A stretch of 64,000 nt of DNA from the NCBI GenBank assembly GCA_965226795.1, contig CBDDDZ010000005.1, forward strand, positions 1,824,001-1,888,000. Reading direction: 5' to 3'. The notes under the pieces are model-generated. The model was not told where the DNA came from. It did no database searches and was given only the letters and a program-made list of their open reading frames with translations. The position numbers and the translations under genes are program-made. This DNA is from Candidatus Latescibacterota bacterium. Lineage in GTDB: Bacteria; Latescibacterota; UBA2968; GCA-2709665. This document shows positions 10,660 through 18,845 of the stretch, one piece after another. The number at the start of each line of letters is the position of its first letter. Position 1 is the first letter of the stretch.

Positions 10660-12365
10660 TTATAGATTGACCCGCCAAATACCCGTCGCCTGTTTCGCCA
10701 TCCAAGCTTGGCGCGTACGAATTTTCTCTACGGTCCAAGCGTCGTAGTCTTCTGCCAGCTTGCGGGTGATGGCGAAGTTACTCTTATGATAGACCGGTCG
10801 TTTTTCGTCGAATCCCGCGTTTCCCAAATTGCGATTGTCAGCGGTCGCCATCAGGGTCACGTTTCCAAGACGGTAGGTGGACGCCTCTCGCTGCCGGTCG
10901 TCAAACTGCTCCCAGCCATCGTCGGGATTCTCCGGCAGCACATGTTCGATGCCGTATCTCGCGCTCTCATATTCAAAGCGTTGTCCCGACAACTGCGCTT
11001 CCAGCCGGAACAGCATAAAGCGCACAACCTTATTGTTACGACTACTGGTCGTTCGCAGCGACTTGTCAGCAAACGCTGCCCTGAATTCCGGATCATCGGG
11101 ATAGACAGGCCGAAGTTCCGAAATGACAACACCGCTACGGCCGTGCTGTTAACACGGCCTACGGAGATTCCCCGGGCAATCTGGTTGTAGACGACCTCCT
11201 GCTCGTTGCTTTGGCGGCTACAAATCACGTTGTATCGAAATGATACGACCGCTACCGCCTGTAGAAGTCGTCCAAAGCCGACACGGTCGTTTTCTGCGAA
11301 GCGCTCAAGTGCCGCCAATAGTAATGCCAACGGCTGACGCACGTTGAACATCTGTAACTGGGCCAGGCTGGCGCGTTCGTCTGGTGTCCAGGAGTCTTCC
11401 TCCGGGCTCCGCAAGGCCGCATACACCCGGGCACTCCTGTCGATGTCCCGGATCAATTCAAACGCTTTGGACCTATCGCAAATCGCGTTCCGAAAGACCT
11501 TGAACAAGTCCGCCTTTCGCACCAGCCTGTTGCGGCTGTTCCAGAACACCCGCAAGAACTCGGGAAAACTCTCACTGCCCAGCAACCCTACGATGCCCTC
11601 CCACCGATCTTCCAAGTTGCTAATCTCAGATTCGTGCGGATTTCCGCGTGAGACAACCGAAAACAAGTAATTCTTGAGCAAATCGGTAGCGGACAAGCGC
11701 ACGCCGCGAGCGTTCAGTGTTTCGAACACCTTAAAGGCATTTAATTCGTCAGTCACGGTAATGATCGTAAAGAACAGCTTATCTACAGCGACGTCAACAA
11801 AACGCGCTACGGATTCACCGTCATTGCCTGATCGTTCCTTGATATGCTCCTTGAACCAGATGAAAGCACGACGCACCAAATGTTCCGAGGCGTTTAAGCC
11901 CCGTTGCGGCAGACGCTCCAGGGGTACGAGGTAATTCTGGTAAAAGCGATCGTTATGCCGATTAAGCGTTAGCTTTGAGCGCGACACCAGGCTGACTGGG
12001 TCCAGGTAGCCGATGTAGTTGCTACGCAACTGCTCAGCGCGTCGATTTTGTGGGTCATTCGGATCACCCGGCGGCGCCAGGTCCACCAGATGCGCTACCG
12101 CCGCCAGCATCAACAAGCTAAGCGTGGTCATTCGCTGCTGTCCGTCGATAATGTCAAACGACCTGTTGTCCGACGATTGCAGTACCAAATAGCCCATGTA
12201 GTGAGCGGGTTCCGGGTCCTCGCCGAATAGCGCAACAATGTCCTGCCACAGGTCGTCCCATTCGTCGAGACCCCAGGAATAGTCCCGTTGGAACTTAGGG
12301 ACGCGATAACTCAACCCATTGCCCATTAATTGGCGAAATGTGTTGTTGGTCGTGTTAAAGTTCAT
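10660..12365 (-). pseudogene. DUF262 + DUF1524 (GmrSD/SspE-like) nuclease, split by a frameshift near 11130-11150
   Basis: PKFQRDYSW, IIDGQQRMTT, FETLNARG (DUF262); the second frame continues VISELRPVYPDDPEF... to IEHVLPENP and RLGNVTL..N..GN (HNH-like DUF1524); joined length about 568 aa. Confidence 0.8.
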
Positions 12366-12473
12366 TAACTATTCATCTCCAGGACTCGTCTCGTTTAATC
12401 AGCTAGCTGATCCTTCGAAACGGTATTTCACGCTCTCCTCTACACCTTCCAATATACACGAAACTCGGAAGGA

Positions 12474-12556
12474 GAATTGTCTCACGAATATAGGCACAGA
12501 GGGAGATGTTTACATTAGGTACCAGGGAAATGTCCCACTAATATAGGCACAGAGGG
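12474..12556. repeat. Two 30-bp direct repeats (27/30 identical), period 53 bp
   Basis: GAATTGTCTCACGAATATAGGCACAGAGGG (12474-12503) and GAAATGTCCCACTAATATAGGCACAGAGGG (12527-12556). Confidence 0.9.
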
Positions 12557-12629
12557 TTCGTCCGTGTACATCTTTCAAAGCAATGGCATCGAATTTATCA
12601 TGGGCTCGACGAGCAGAAGGTCAACTCGA

Positions 12630-13958
12630 ATGAAGTTTCGCCTCCCGACCGGAAGATGGCTCCGTGCGTTCGTGACTTTGATCCTGATCTTCGCACATCC
12701 GGGATGCGGCGCGGAATCACCCGTGGACGAGGCGCCGGACGAAAGGGATGATGTTCCGGGGGAACAGGTCACGTCGGAGAAGTCACGGATTACGTCGCTT
12801 TCCGCGTCAGACGTGAAGCTGGACGAACTGGTGCGGGGAAACAGCGCTTTCGCGTTCGACCTCTACAGCGCTTTGCGGGAGCAGGATGGAAATCTGTTCT
12901 ATTCGCCGCACAGCATCTCGTTGGCACTTTCAATGATGTACGCCGGCGCCAGGGACCGGACGGCAGGCCAGATAATGGAAGTACTTCAATGTCTCCTTCC
13001 ACCGGATCAATTGCACCCTGCATTCAACGTGCTGGATCTCGCGCTTGCCGCGCGCGGCAAGGGGAAAAGCAGCCAGGACAGCGTGAAATTCCGGTTGAAC
13101 ATCGCCAATGCTATCTGGGGACAAAGAGGATATCCATTCCTGCCGCAATTTCTGGACGCCTTGGCCGAGAACTACGGCGCCGAGATGAGGCCGCTGGATT
13201 TTGTCAACGCACCGGAAGCGTCACGCAAGGCGATCAATGACTGGGTCGCGGACCGAACCGAAGATAAGATCGAAGAACTGATTCCGCAGGGTCTCATCAA
13301 TACATTGACGAGGCTGGTCCTGGCCAACGCCATCTACTTTAACGCGGCCTGGCACCTGCCCTTCGACGAAAGAGAGACCTTCAATGACACCTTTTTTCTG
13401 TTGCGCGGGGAACGTGTCGAAGTACCGATGATGCGGCAATACGAGGATTTCAATTACACGTGGCACAGGCCGTCCAATGCCCAGGCCGTGGAGTTGCTTT
13501 ACCGGGATCGCGAGGTATCGATGATTGTCTTCCTTCCCGCGAAAGGGAAATTCGAACAATTCGAAACCTCGTTGACCGCGGATCTCGTCCGCGAGATTCA
13601 TAAATCCATGAGACCCCTTCGCCTGGAGCTTTCAATTCCGTCCTTCGGGATCAAATCTGAATTCAGGCTGGCCGACACCCTGGCCGGGATGGGGATGCCG
13701 GACGCATTCGACCCGGTATCAGCGGATTTTTCCGGAATGACAGGGAAGAAAGGCCTGTTCTGCTCCGCTGTTATTCACAAGGCTTTTGTAAAGGTAAATG
13801 AACGGGGCACGGAGGCGGCCGCCGCGACGGGCGCAGGGATGCAGCTAACGTCGGTTACGCCCGAATTTAAGGCCAATCGCCCATTTATCTTCCTCATCCG
13901 CGACATCGAGACGGACGCGATCCTCTTTATAGGGCGCGTAACGGATCCGAGGAAATAA
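12630..13958 (+). CDS. Serpin (serine protease inhibitor), probably exported or a lipoprotein
   Basis: NLFYSPHSISLAL, INDWVADRTEDKI, LVLANAIYFNAAW, hinge VNERGTEAAAAT, FKANRPFIFLIRD; signal-like N-terminus ending ..HPGC; start chosen at ATG 12630. Confidence 0.93.
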   Translation: MKFRLPTGRWLRAFVTLILIFAHPGCGAESPVDEAPDERDDVPGEQVTSEKSRITSLSASDVKLDELVRGNSAFAFDLYSALREQDGNLFYSPHSISLALSMMYAGARDRTAGQIMEVLQCLLPPDQLHPAFNVLDLALAARGKGKSSQDSVKFRLNIANAIWGQRGYPFLPQFLDALAENYGAEMRPLDFVNAPEASRKAINDWVADRTEDKIEELIPQGLINTLTRLVLANAIYFNAAWHLPFDERETFNDTFFLLRGERVEVPMMRQYEDFNYTWHRPSNAQAVELLYRDREVSMIVFLPAKGKFEQFETSLTADLVREIHKSMRPLRLELSIPSFGIKSEFRLADTLAGMGMPDAFDPVSADFSGMTGKKGLFCSAVIHKAFVKVNERGTEAAAATGAGMQLTSVTPEFKANRPFIFLIRDIETDAILFIGRVTDPRK

Positions 13959-14002
13959 CCCTTGCGGCGACCCGTACTCGAATCTGATAGGCCGCCGCTC
14001 AG

Positions 14003-14037
14003 AATCCGTACGCAGCAGGCGTGCGGATTTCTTTTTT
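14003..14037 (+). terminator. Intrinsic terminator after the serpin
   Basis: AATCCGTACGC / GCGTGCGGATT stem followed by TCTTTTTT. Confidence 0.75.
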
Positions 14038-14071
14038 CCAGGTTCGGGTCCGCGGACAAGCAGGTGACATC

Positions 14072-14449
14072 TCAGGCAGGATCGGATTCGCGTTGAAACA
14101 ACTGGAGGAGCACATCATTCGGGCCGTTGAAGAAGCTCAGCCGGATGTCGGTTCCCTCCGCGTCGAACGGCTCCGCGGCAATGTCCACGCCGGCAGCCTT
14201 GAGTTCGCTCGCGCTGCGGTCGACACTGCCAACCTTGAATGAGATGTGGTGAAAGCCCACGTCGGCCTGCATGGTCTTTTTCGGCATCAGTTCCAGAATG
14301 ATGTTTCCGGCCTTGAGGAAGACGAAGTCCTCGTCGTTCTCATTCTGGAAGCGCTCGACTTCGGTCAGGCCCAGCGTCTCTGTATAGAAGCGAACGGCCC
14401 CTTCAATATCGTCGCTGACGACGGCGATCTTGTGGATATTTTTGATCAT
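14072..14449 (-). CDS. VOC/glyoxalase family protein
   Basis: IHKIAVV..DIEGAVRFYTETLGL, ILELM, HHISFKV, FFNGPNDVLLQL. Confidence 0.85.
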   Translation of the reverse strand: MIKNIHKIAVVSDDIEGAVRFYTETLGLTEVERFQNENDEDFVFLKAGNIILELMPKKTMQADVGFHHISFKVGSVDRSASELKAAGVDIAAEPFDAEGTDIRLSFFNGPNDVLLQLFQRESDPA

Positions 14450-14646
14450 GTTGTTCTCCCGCGGTTACACGGAGCCGCGTTCCGGTCCGGCCGGATTTGA
14501 TTCGATAGCCGCAGCGTAAGACAACTCGCTGTCAAGCGACGGCGTGATGCATTTCCGGGCAGGCCCAACGGCCGGGTCCAGCCATCCAGACCCGGGTCCT
14601 GGTCGCTATGCTACTTTTGAGGCCCTTTTTCCGCCGTCGATCTTAC

Positions 14647-15768
14647 TCAATACAATAATCCAAGTAGCCGCGGGGGAAGCGATTCCCGATGCGCGGGATG
14701 GCGGGGCGTCAAATCGAGGAGATCGACGCCATAGATCTCTTCGAATGCCGAGTGAATCCCTTTTTCGTGATCGGTCATACCCGCCAGGGGCAGCGCAACA
14801 GACATCCCGTCCTTGCCGGCCGATTCACGGATACCCATCAGCACCTCGATATCCTTTCTGGCGTTGCGTGCGCCATATTCGAGTGCTTTGCCGCGGACCA
14901 CGGCATCGTGCAGGCTGCACCAGGCCTCAGCGACGGCAATGCTATCTTCGTTGGGAAGCATATAGTGCTTGAGTCGGCTCTCCCAAAACACCTCCGGCTT
15001 TGTTCCCACGCTGGAACGATGCCACGTTTTGTCCGGCCCATCGCCCCGAGTTCCGGTGACGATCTCCAGTCTCTTATCCCCGCTATTCAGGTGCAGTTCC
15101 ATTCCCCGTATGGCCCCATCCGATCCCAGAATCTCCCAGTAGTTCTTCCTCAGTACATTGTGTTCGTACGTCCCCTGGAGCGTGGGCGACCACCTGATGA
15201 TTCCCCGCTCTCTCACATCCGGTGAGTCGGGGTACGTACCTGAAACCACCCGGGGCTCTGATCCGAGAATCGCCCTGATTGCGCTTATTCCGTGATATGA
15301 GCCCGATGTGTATGAGAGGTAGAATTCCCGGACCTCGCCGATGAGCCCCTCCTTTACAATCTTCTGTTTAAGCCTCTCACGAGGCCATCTTCGGGCGTTT
15401 TCGGAGACTTCCAGAAAAACGCCGTTTTCCTCCGCAGCTCGGATCATCATGTCGGCGCACGGCAATGTAAGGGCGATCGGCGTTTCGGTGAGGATGTGGA
15501 CCTTTCTTTCGGACAACAGGCGTGCGATACCGTGATGAATCTCGGGTTGCGCCGCGATAAGTCCGACATCCAGTGTCTCCGAATCCAGCATCTCATGCAG
15601 ATCCGTGTACGCGTTCGCAGCATTTTCATAGGCGACCGATCGCGCCCTCTCCGCGTCTATATCGCATACGCTTACCAATCTGTACCTGTCAGAGAGTATC
15701 GGCAAAACTGACAGGTGCGCGCTTGATCGCCCCCCCAGACCGACGACCGCTGCATTCAAGATCGCCAT
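14647..15768 (-). CDS. Gfo/Idh/MocA family oxidoreductase
   Basis: AAVVGLGGRS Rossmann start, VCDID, HILTETPIA (variant of the EKP motif). Confidence 0.85.
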   Translation of the reverse strand: MAILNAAVVGLGGRSSAHLSVLPILSDRYRLVSVCDIDAERARSVAYENAANAYTDLHEMLDSETLDVGLIAAQPEIHHGIARLLSERKVHILTETPIALTLPCADMMIRAAEENGVFLEVSENARRWPRERLKQKIVKEGLIGEVREFYLSYTSGSYHGISAIRAILGSEPRVVSGTYPDSPDVRERGIIRWSPTLQGTYEHNVLRKNYWEILGSDGAIRGMELHLNSGDKRLEIVTGTRGDGPDKTWHRSSVGTKPEVFWESRLKHYMLPNEDSIAVAEAWCSLHDAVVRGKALEYGARNARKDIEVLMGIRESAGKDGMSVALPLAGMTDHEKGIHSAFEEIYGVDLLDLTPRHPAHRESLPPRLLGLLY

Positions 15769-15891
15769 ACGCCCTGCACCTCCAATTGCATCATAGCCCG
15801 CGCGCCGTCACGATCCACCGCCACGGCGTACGTGAAAAAGGCACTCGAAGAGCGCCATTTGAAGTGTCCCCGACGTCGGCGTGTTGATGGG

Positions 15892-16539
15892 TTAACGATC
15901 TTTCGCAGCCGCCATACTCAAGATCTCCACAACTTCGGCCTTGTCCCGGTACTCGGCCAGCCAGAGCGCGGACTTTCCGTTTTTGGTAATGGCGTTGGCA
16001 TCCGCGCCCGCATCCAGCAGACGCGTCACCACCTTCTCGTGTCCCCCATAGGCTCCGTAGAACAGCGGCGTCCAACCCGACCGCGTAGAAGCATTGACGT
16101 CCGCTCCCGCAGCCAGCAGGACGTGGACCACGCCGGTCAGTCCCGCGTCGGCGGCGAACATCAGGGGTGTCCGATGATTCAGATCGCTGGCATCCACAAC
16201 CGCACCCACTTCCAAAAGCATCTCGGTGATTGTGGAGTCCTTCTTGAGCGCGGCCTCCATCAACGCCGTTCGGCTGTAGTGATCGTCGTTGACTTCCGCA
16301 CCTGCATCCAGCAAAAGCTGCAAAACTTCAGGAACACCCTTTTTCGCGGCCTCAATCAACGGGATCGTACCCGCCTTGCCCTCTTCGTTCGCGTCGGCCC
16401 CTTCGTCCAAAAGCGTCTTGACCCCCTCTTCATCTCCCTTTTTGACCATCGCGATCAGATCGGTGTCCTGGGCGGACTTGCATGCCGCAAATAAGAAAAG
16501 CGGTATGAGGACCAGAGGGTTCAGAATGCGACGTACCAT
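15892..16539 (-). CDS. Ankyrin-repeat lipoprotein
   Basis: Lipobox LFAAC; about 5-6 ankyrin repeats (TALMEAA, TPLMFAA, TPLFYGA, LLDAGADAN). Confidence 0.88.
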   Translation of the reverse strand: MVRRILNPLVLIPLFLFAACKSAQDTDLIAMVKKGDEEGVKTLLDEGADANEEGKAGTIPLIEAAKKGVPEVLQLLLDAGAEVNDDHYSRTALMEAALKKDSTITEMLLEVGAVVDASDLNHRTPLMFAADAGLTGVVHVLLAAGADVNASTRSGWTPLFYGAYGGHEKVVTRLLDAGADANAITKNGKSALWLAEYRDKAEVVEILSMAAAKDR

Positions 16540-16670
16540 ACGAACACCACGTATCGAGCCACGGACTGCGTGACGAATCCGTTTTGTAGAAAACCACTGG
16601 AACCACACGACCCCTGCTGAACAGTTCCGGGAAATTAACCGCAATCGTCCGCCCGGAGTCCGAACGGTCC

Positions 16671-17096
16671 TTATTGACCGGCCTTGGCAAAGATCATCGA
16701 AATCGTCTGTGCCTGCCCGCCTGCCTGCACCGAAATCAATATGGTTATCGCACTTCCTCCGTCCGCAACCTGGCCGGATTGTGTGCCGCCTCCGCTGTCC
16801 GCCGTGAGACTCAGATTCGCGCCGGATTTTTCGTACATGCCGGTCTGCGCGACCCGGATGACGTCGGCTGACCCGGCGGTAACGTAGGAGGCCACAACCG
16901 AATACTGGTTTTCCGTTAACGTCATTATCCCGGAAGCGTCAGGAGGTGATATCGCGGAGCCCCCTGAAGGAGTCAACCTCAAAAGATCGTAGGAACCAGC
17001 CAGCGTTTCGGACGCCGCGGGGTTATTGTCGTTGTCATCGCCGCCACAGGCCACACCGACGCAAATTGCCAGCAGACCCAACAGAATGGGTTTCAT
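16671..17096 (-). CDS. Small lipoprotein, lipocalin-like beta fold possible
   Basis: Signal peptide plus lipobox GVAC-GGD, 'LAGSYDL' (GxW-like) motif, AGGAG RBS. Confidence 0.7.
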   Translation of the reverse strand: MKPILLGLLAICVGVACGGDDNDNNPAASETLAGSYDLLRLTPSGGSAISPPDASGIMTLTENQYSVVASYVTAGSADVIRVAQTGMYEKSGANLSLTADSGGGTQSGQVADGGSAITILISVQAGGQAQTISMIFAKAGQ

Positions 17097-17305
17097 TGAT
17101 CCGATCTCCTCTTGGTAATCCGACGCGAAGCCCGTGCGTATCGGCGTGCAAACGGGCCGCTTCGGCGTTCGATTTCAATATAAGTCCCGCGTGAAATCCC
17201 GGCAAGCGTTCTTTTCCAAGGCCGGAGGGTATCCCGCCCCCATTTCCCGCGGCGCCGCGGCCGGACAGGATGGTCTGATTCTAATTCCGGGAACCTGTTT
17301 TTCTA

Positions 17306-17334
17306 TTGACATTGAAAAATTTCTGAGTTATTGT
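17306..17334 (+). promoter_or_regulatory. sigma70-type promoter of the HU/IHF gene
   Basis: TTGACA (17306-17311) - 17 nt - TATTGT (17329-17334). Confidence 0.65.
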
Positions 17335-17380
17335 TCTCCGGTTGCAATTGCCCAATCACGGCCTCGATCAAGGGAAACGT

Positions 17381-17692
17381 ATGGCAACGATCACGAAGGC
17401 TTCTCTGGCGCGGTATCTTTCGGACAACGTCGGCCACCCCAAAACCAAAGCCTTAGAAGCCGTCGACGTCCTGTTCGAAGCCATGACGTCTTCCATCTGC
17501 AAGGGCAAGCGGATTGAGATACGTGGTTTTGGCTCCTGGGAAGTCAAGGAAACAAAGGAAAAGACCCAGGCGCGTAATCCCAGCACCGGCGAAACGGTAT
17601 ACGTACCCGCCCGCCGCAAAGTCATGTTCAAACCCGGCAAGATTCTGAAGAAAGTCCTGTCCCAGTCGCTGGAATCCGGAACATCGCAATAG
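17381..17692 (+). CDS. HU/IHF family DNA-binding protein (IHF-like)
   Basis: TITKASLA, RIEIRGFGSW, ARNPSTGETVYVPARRKVMFKPGK. Confidence 0.93.
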   Translation: MATITKASLARYLSDNVGHPKTKALEAVDVLFEAMTSSICKGKRIEIRGFGSWEVKETKEKTQARNPSTGETVYVPARRKVMFKPGKILKKVLSQSLESGTSQ

Positions 17693-17739
17693 AACTTAAT
17701 CCCGGAACGCCGAAACGCCGCGGACGATGGCGTTACAAG

Positions 17740-18537
17740 TTGAAGCAATTTCAGGCCGACGGCCCGGACAGGCTCCTGGTTGTCAGCGACTGGGACCGAA
17801 CGCTGACGCGGTCCACAGCCGAGGATGGCAGCGATCAGTCCACCTGCTCGGTTATCGCGAACAGCGGGCATCTCGGGCCGGCGTTCAACCGGCGTTACCG
17901 GGAACTGTTTGACCGCTATCGAAAGATCGAACGTGCGATCGATTTGCCCGAACGTGTTAAGTCGCCTCACCTGCGCCGCTGGTGGTCTCTGCAGTTCGAT
18001 CTGCTGCTCGATTACAGATTAAGCACGCAGACGATCCAACGGATTGTCAGCGAAAATCGGCCGCACCTTCGAGATGGTGCGCGCCTTTTTTTCGATACCC
18101 TCCACGATCGCCGCATTCCCCTGATCATTCTGTCCGCGGGCATCAAGGAAATCATCGAAGCCCGACTCGCCGCGGATCGTATCCCCACCGCCAATGTCGT
18201 CATCATCGCCAACACGCTGGTTTTCGACCCGAAAGGCGATGCGGTGGCGTACAAGACGCCGCTTATCCACAGCCTGAACAAACACACCCTGAAAGAGGCC
18301 GATGTCCCGGAGTTCACTGGACGCCACAACCTGCTGCTTCTGGGCGACACGCTTGAAGACATTAAGATGGCTGCTGGCATCAGCCACTCCCGCCTGCTCA
18401 GCTTTGCCTTCTCCGCTGACTGCGACAACATCGAACAATACCGGTCCACATACGATGTCGTACTGGCTCCAGGCGCCTCTTTGGAGCCGGTAACCGCCGT
18501 CTTGAGGGATACGTGCGCGGCTTCTCACGGACATTGA
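17740..18537 (+). CDS. HAD-family pyrimidine 5'-nucleotidase (UMPH-1/NT5C3-like)
   Basis: Motif I VSDWDRTLT, 'RRWWS', LRDGA, ILSAG, IHSLNK, LLLGDTLEDIKM; start uncertain. Confidence 0.75.
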   Translation: MKQFQADGPDRLLVVSDWDRTLTRSTAEDGSDQSTCSVIANSGHLGPAFNRRYRELFDRYRKIERAIDLPERVKSPHLRRWWSLQFDLLLDYRLSTQTIQRIVSENRPHLRDGARLFFDTLHDRRIPLIILSAGIKEIIEARLAADRIPTANVVIIANTLVFDPKGDAVAYKTPLIHSLNKHTLKEADVPEFTGRHNLLLLGDTLEDIKMAAGISHSRLLSFAFSADCDNIEQYRSTYDVVLAPGASLEPVTAVLRDTCAASHGH

Positions 18538-18639
18538 TCAGGAGCGTACAGGAATCCACCATCGTCAGCCGATCCGCAGGAGAAGAATAGACGCGCGTGC
18601 ATCCACTGGCGTGTAAATATGCGGACCGCTAGGTACAGT

Positions 18640-18814
18640 TGTTGTTGACGCGTCAACAGAATCCGGACAGGCCATTGCGCGTGACCTGTCTGCGAAAGAA
18701 AGGAGGCGAATTATGAAGGAGATTACCACGCGGAGGGCGACCGCCTGAACAAGCCGGTCGATATCCCTTCAGAAAGTCGAACCGGGCGCTCCCTCACGAG
18801 AGCGCCCGGTTTTT
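18640..18814 (+). other. Stand-alone small transcription unit: hairpins, strong RBS, 11-codon ORF (18713-18748, MKEITTRRATA) and terminator
   Basis: Perfect palindrome TGTTGACGCGTCAACA (18643-18658), hairpin 18664-18692, AGGAGG (18701-18706) 6 nt before ATG, terminator at 18779-18814. Confidence 0.45.
18779..18814 (+). terminator. Strong intrinsic terminator
   Basis: GAACCGGGCGCTC / GAGCGCCCGGTTT stem plus T run. Confidence 0.8.
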
Positions 18815-18845
18815 AAAATGGAAAAAGCCGTCTTCGAAATGTCAT

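Larger units (their letters stand above)
7668..12560 (-). mobile_element. tRNA-adjacent defence-like genomic islet (no integrase visible)
   Basis: Three co-oriented nuclease/helicase genes immediately downstream of a tRNA, visibly more AT-rich than the flanks, ending at a tandem repeat; boundaries approximate. Confidence 0.55.

Noticed and set aside
12474..12556. Mini CRISPR array (with the Cas4-like gene nearby)
   Set aside because: Only two imperfect repeats, a 23-nt gap and no cas1/cas2 or effector genes; solo Cas4-like nucleases are common
7600..12600. Intact integrative element with an att duplication of the tRNA 3' end
   Set aside because: No integrase gene, and I saw no second copy of the tRNA 3' end
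18746..18760. TGA inside a hairpin as a selenocysteine or readthrough signal
   Set aside because: The hairpin encloses the codon rather than following it, and the extension has no recognisable motif
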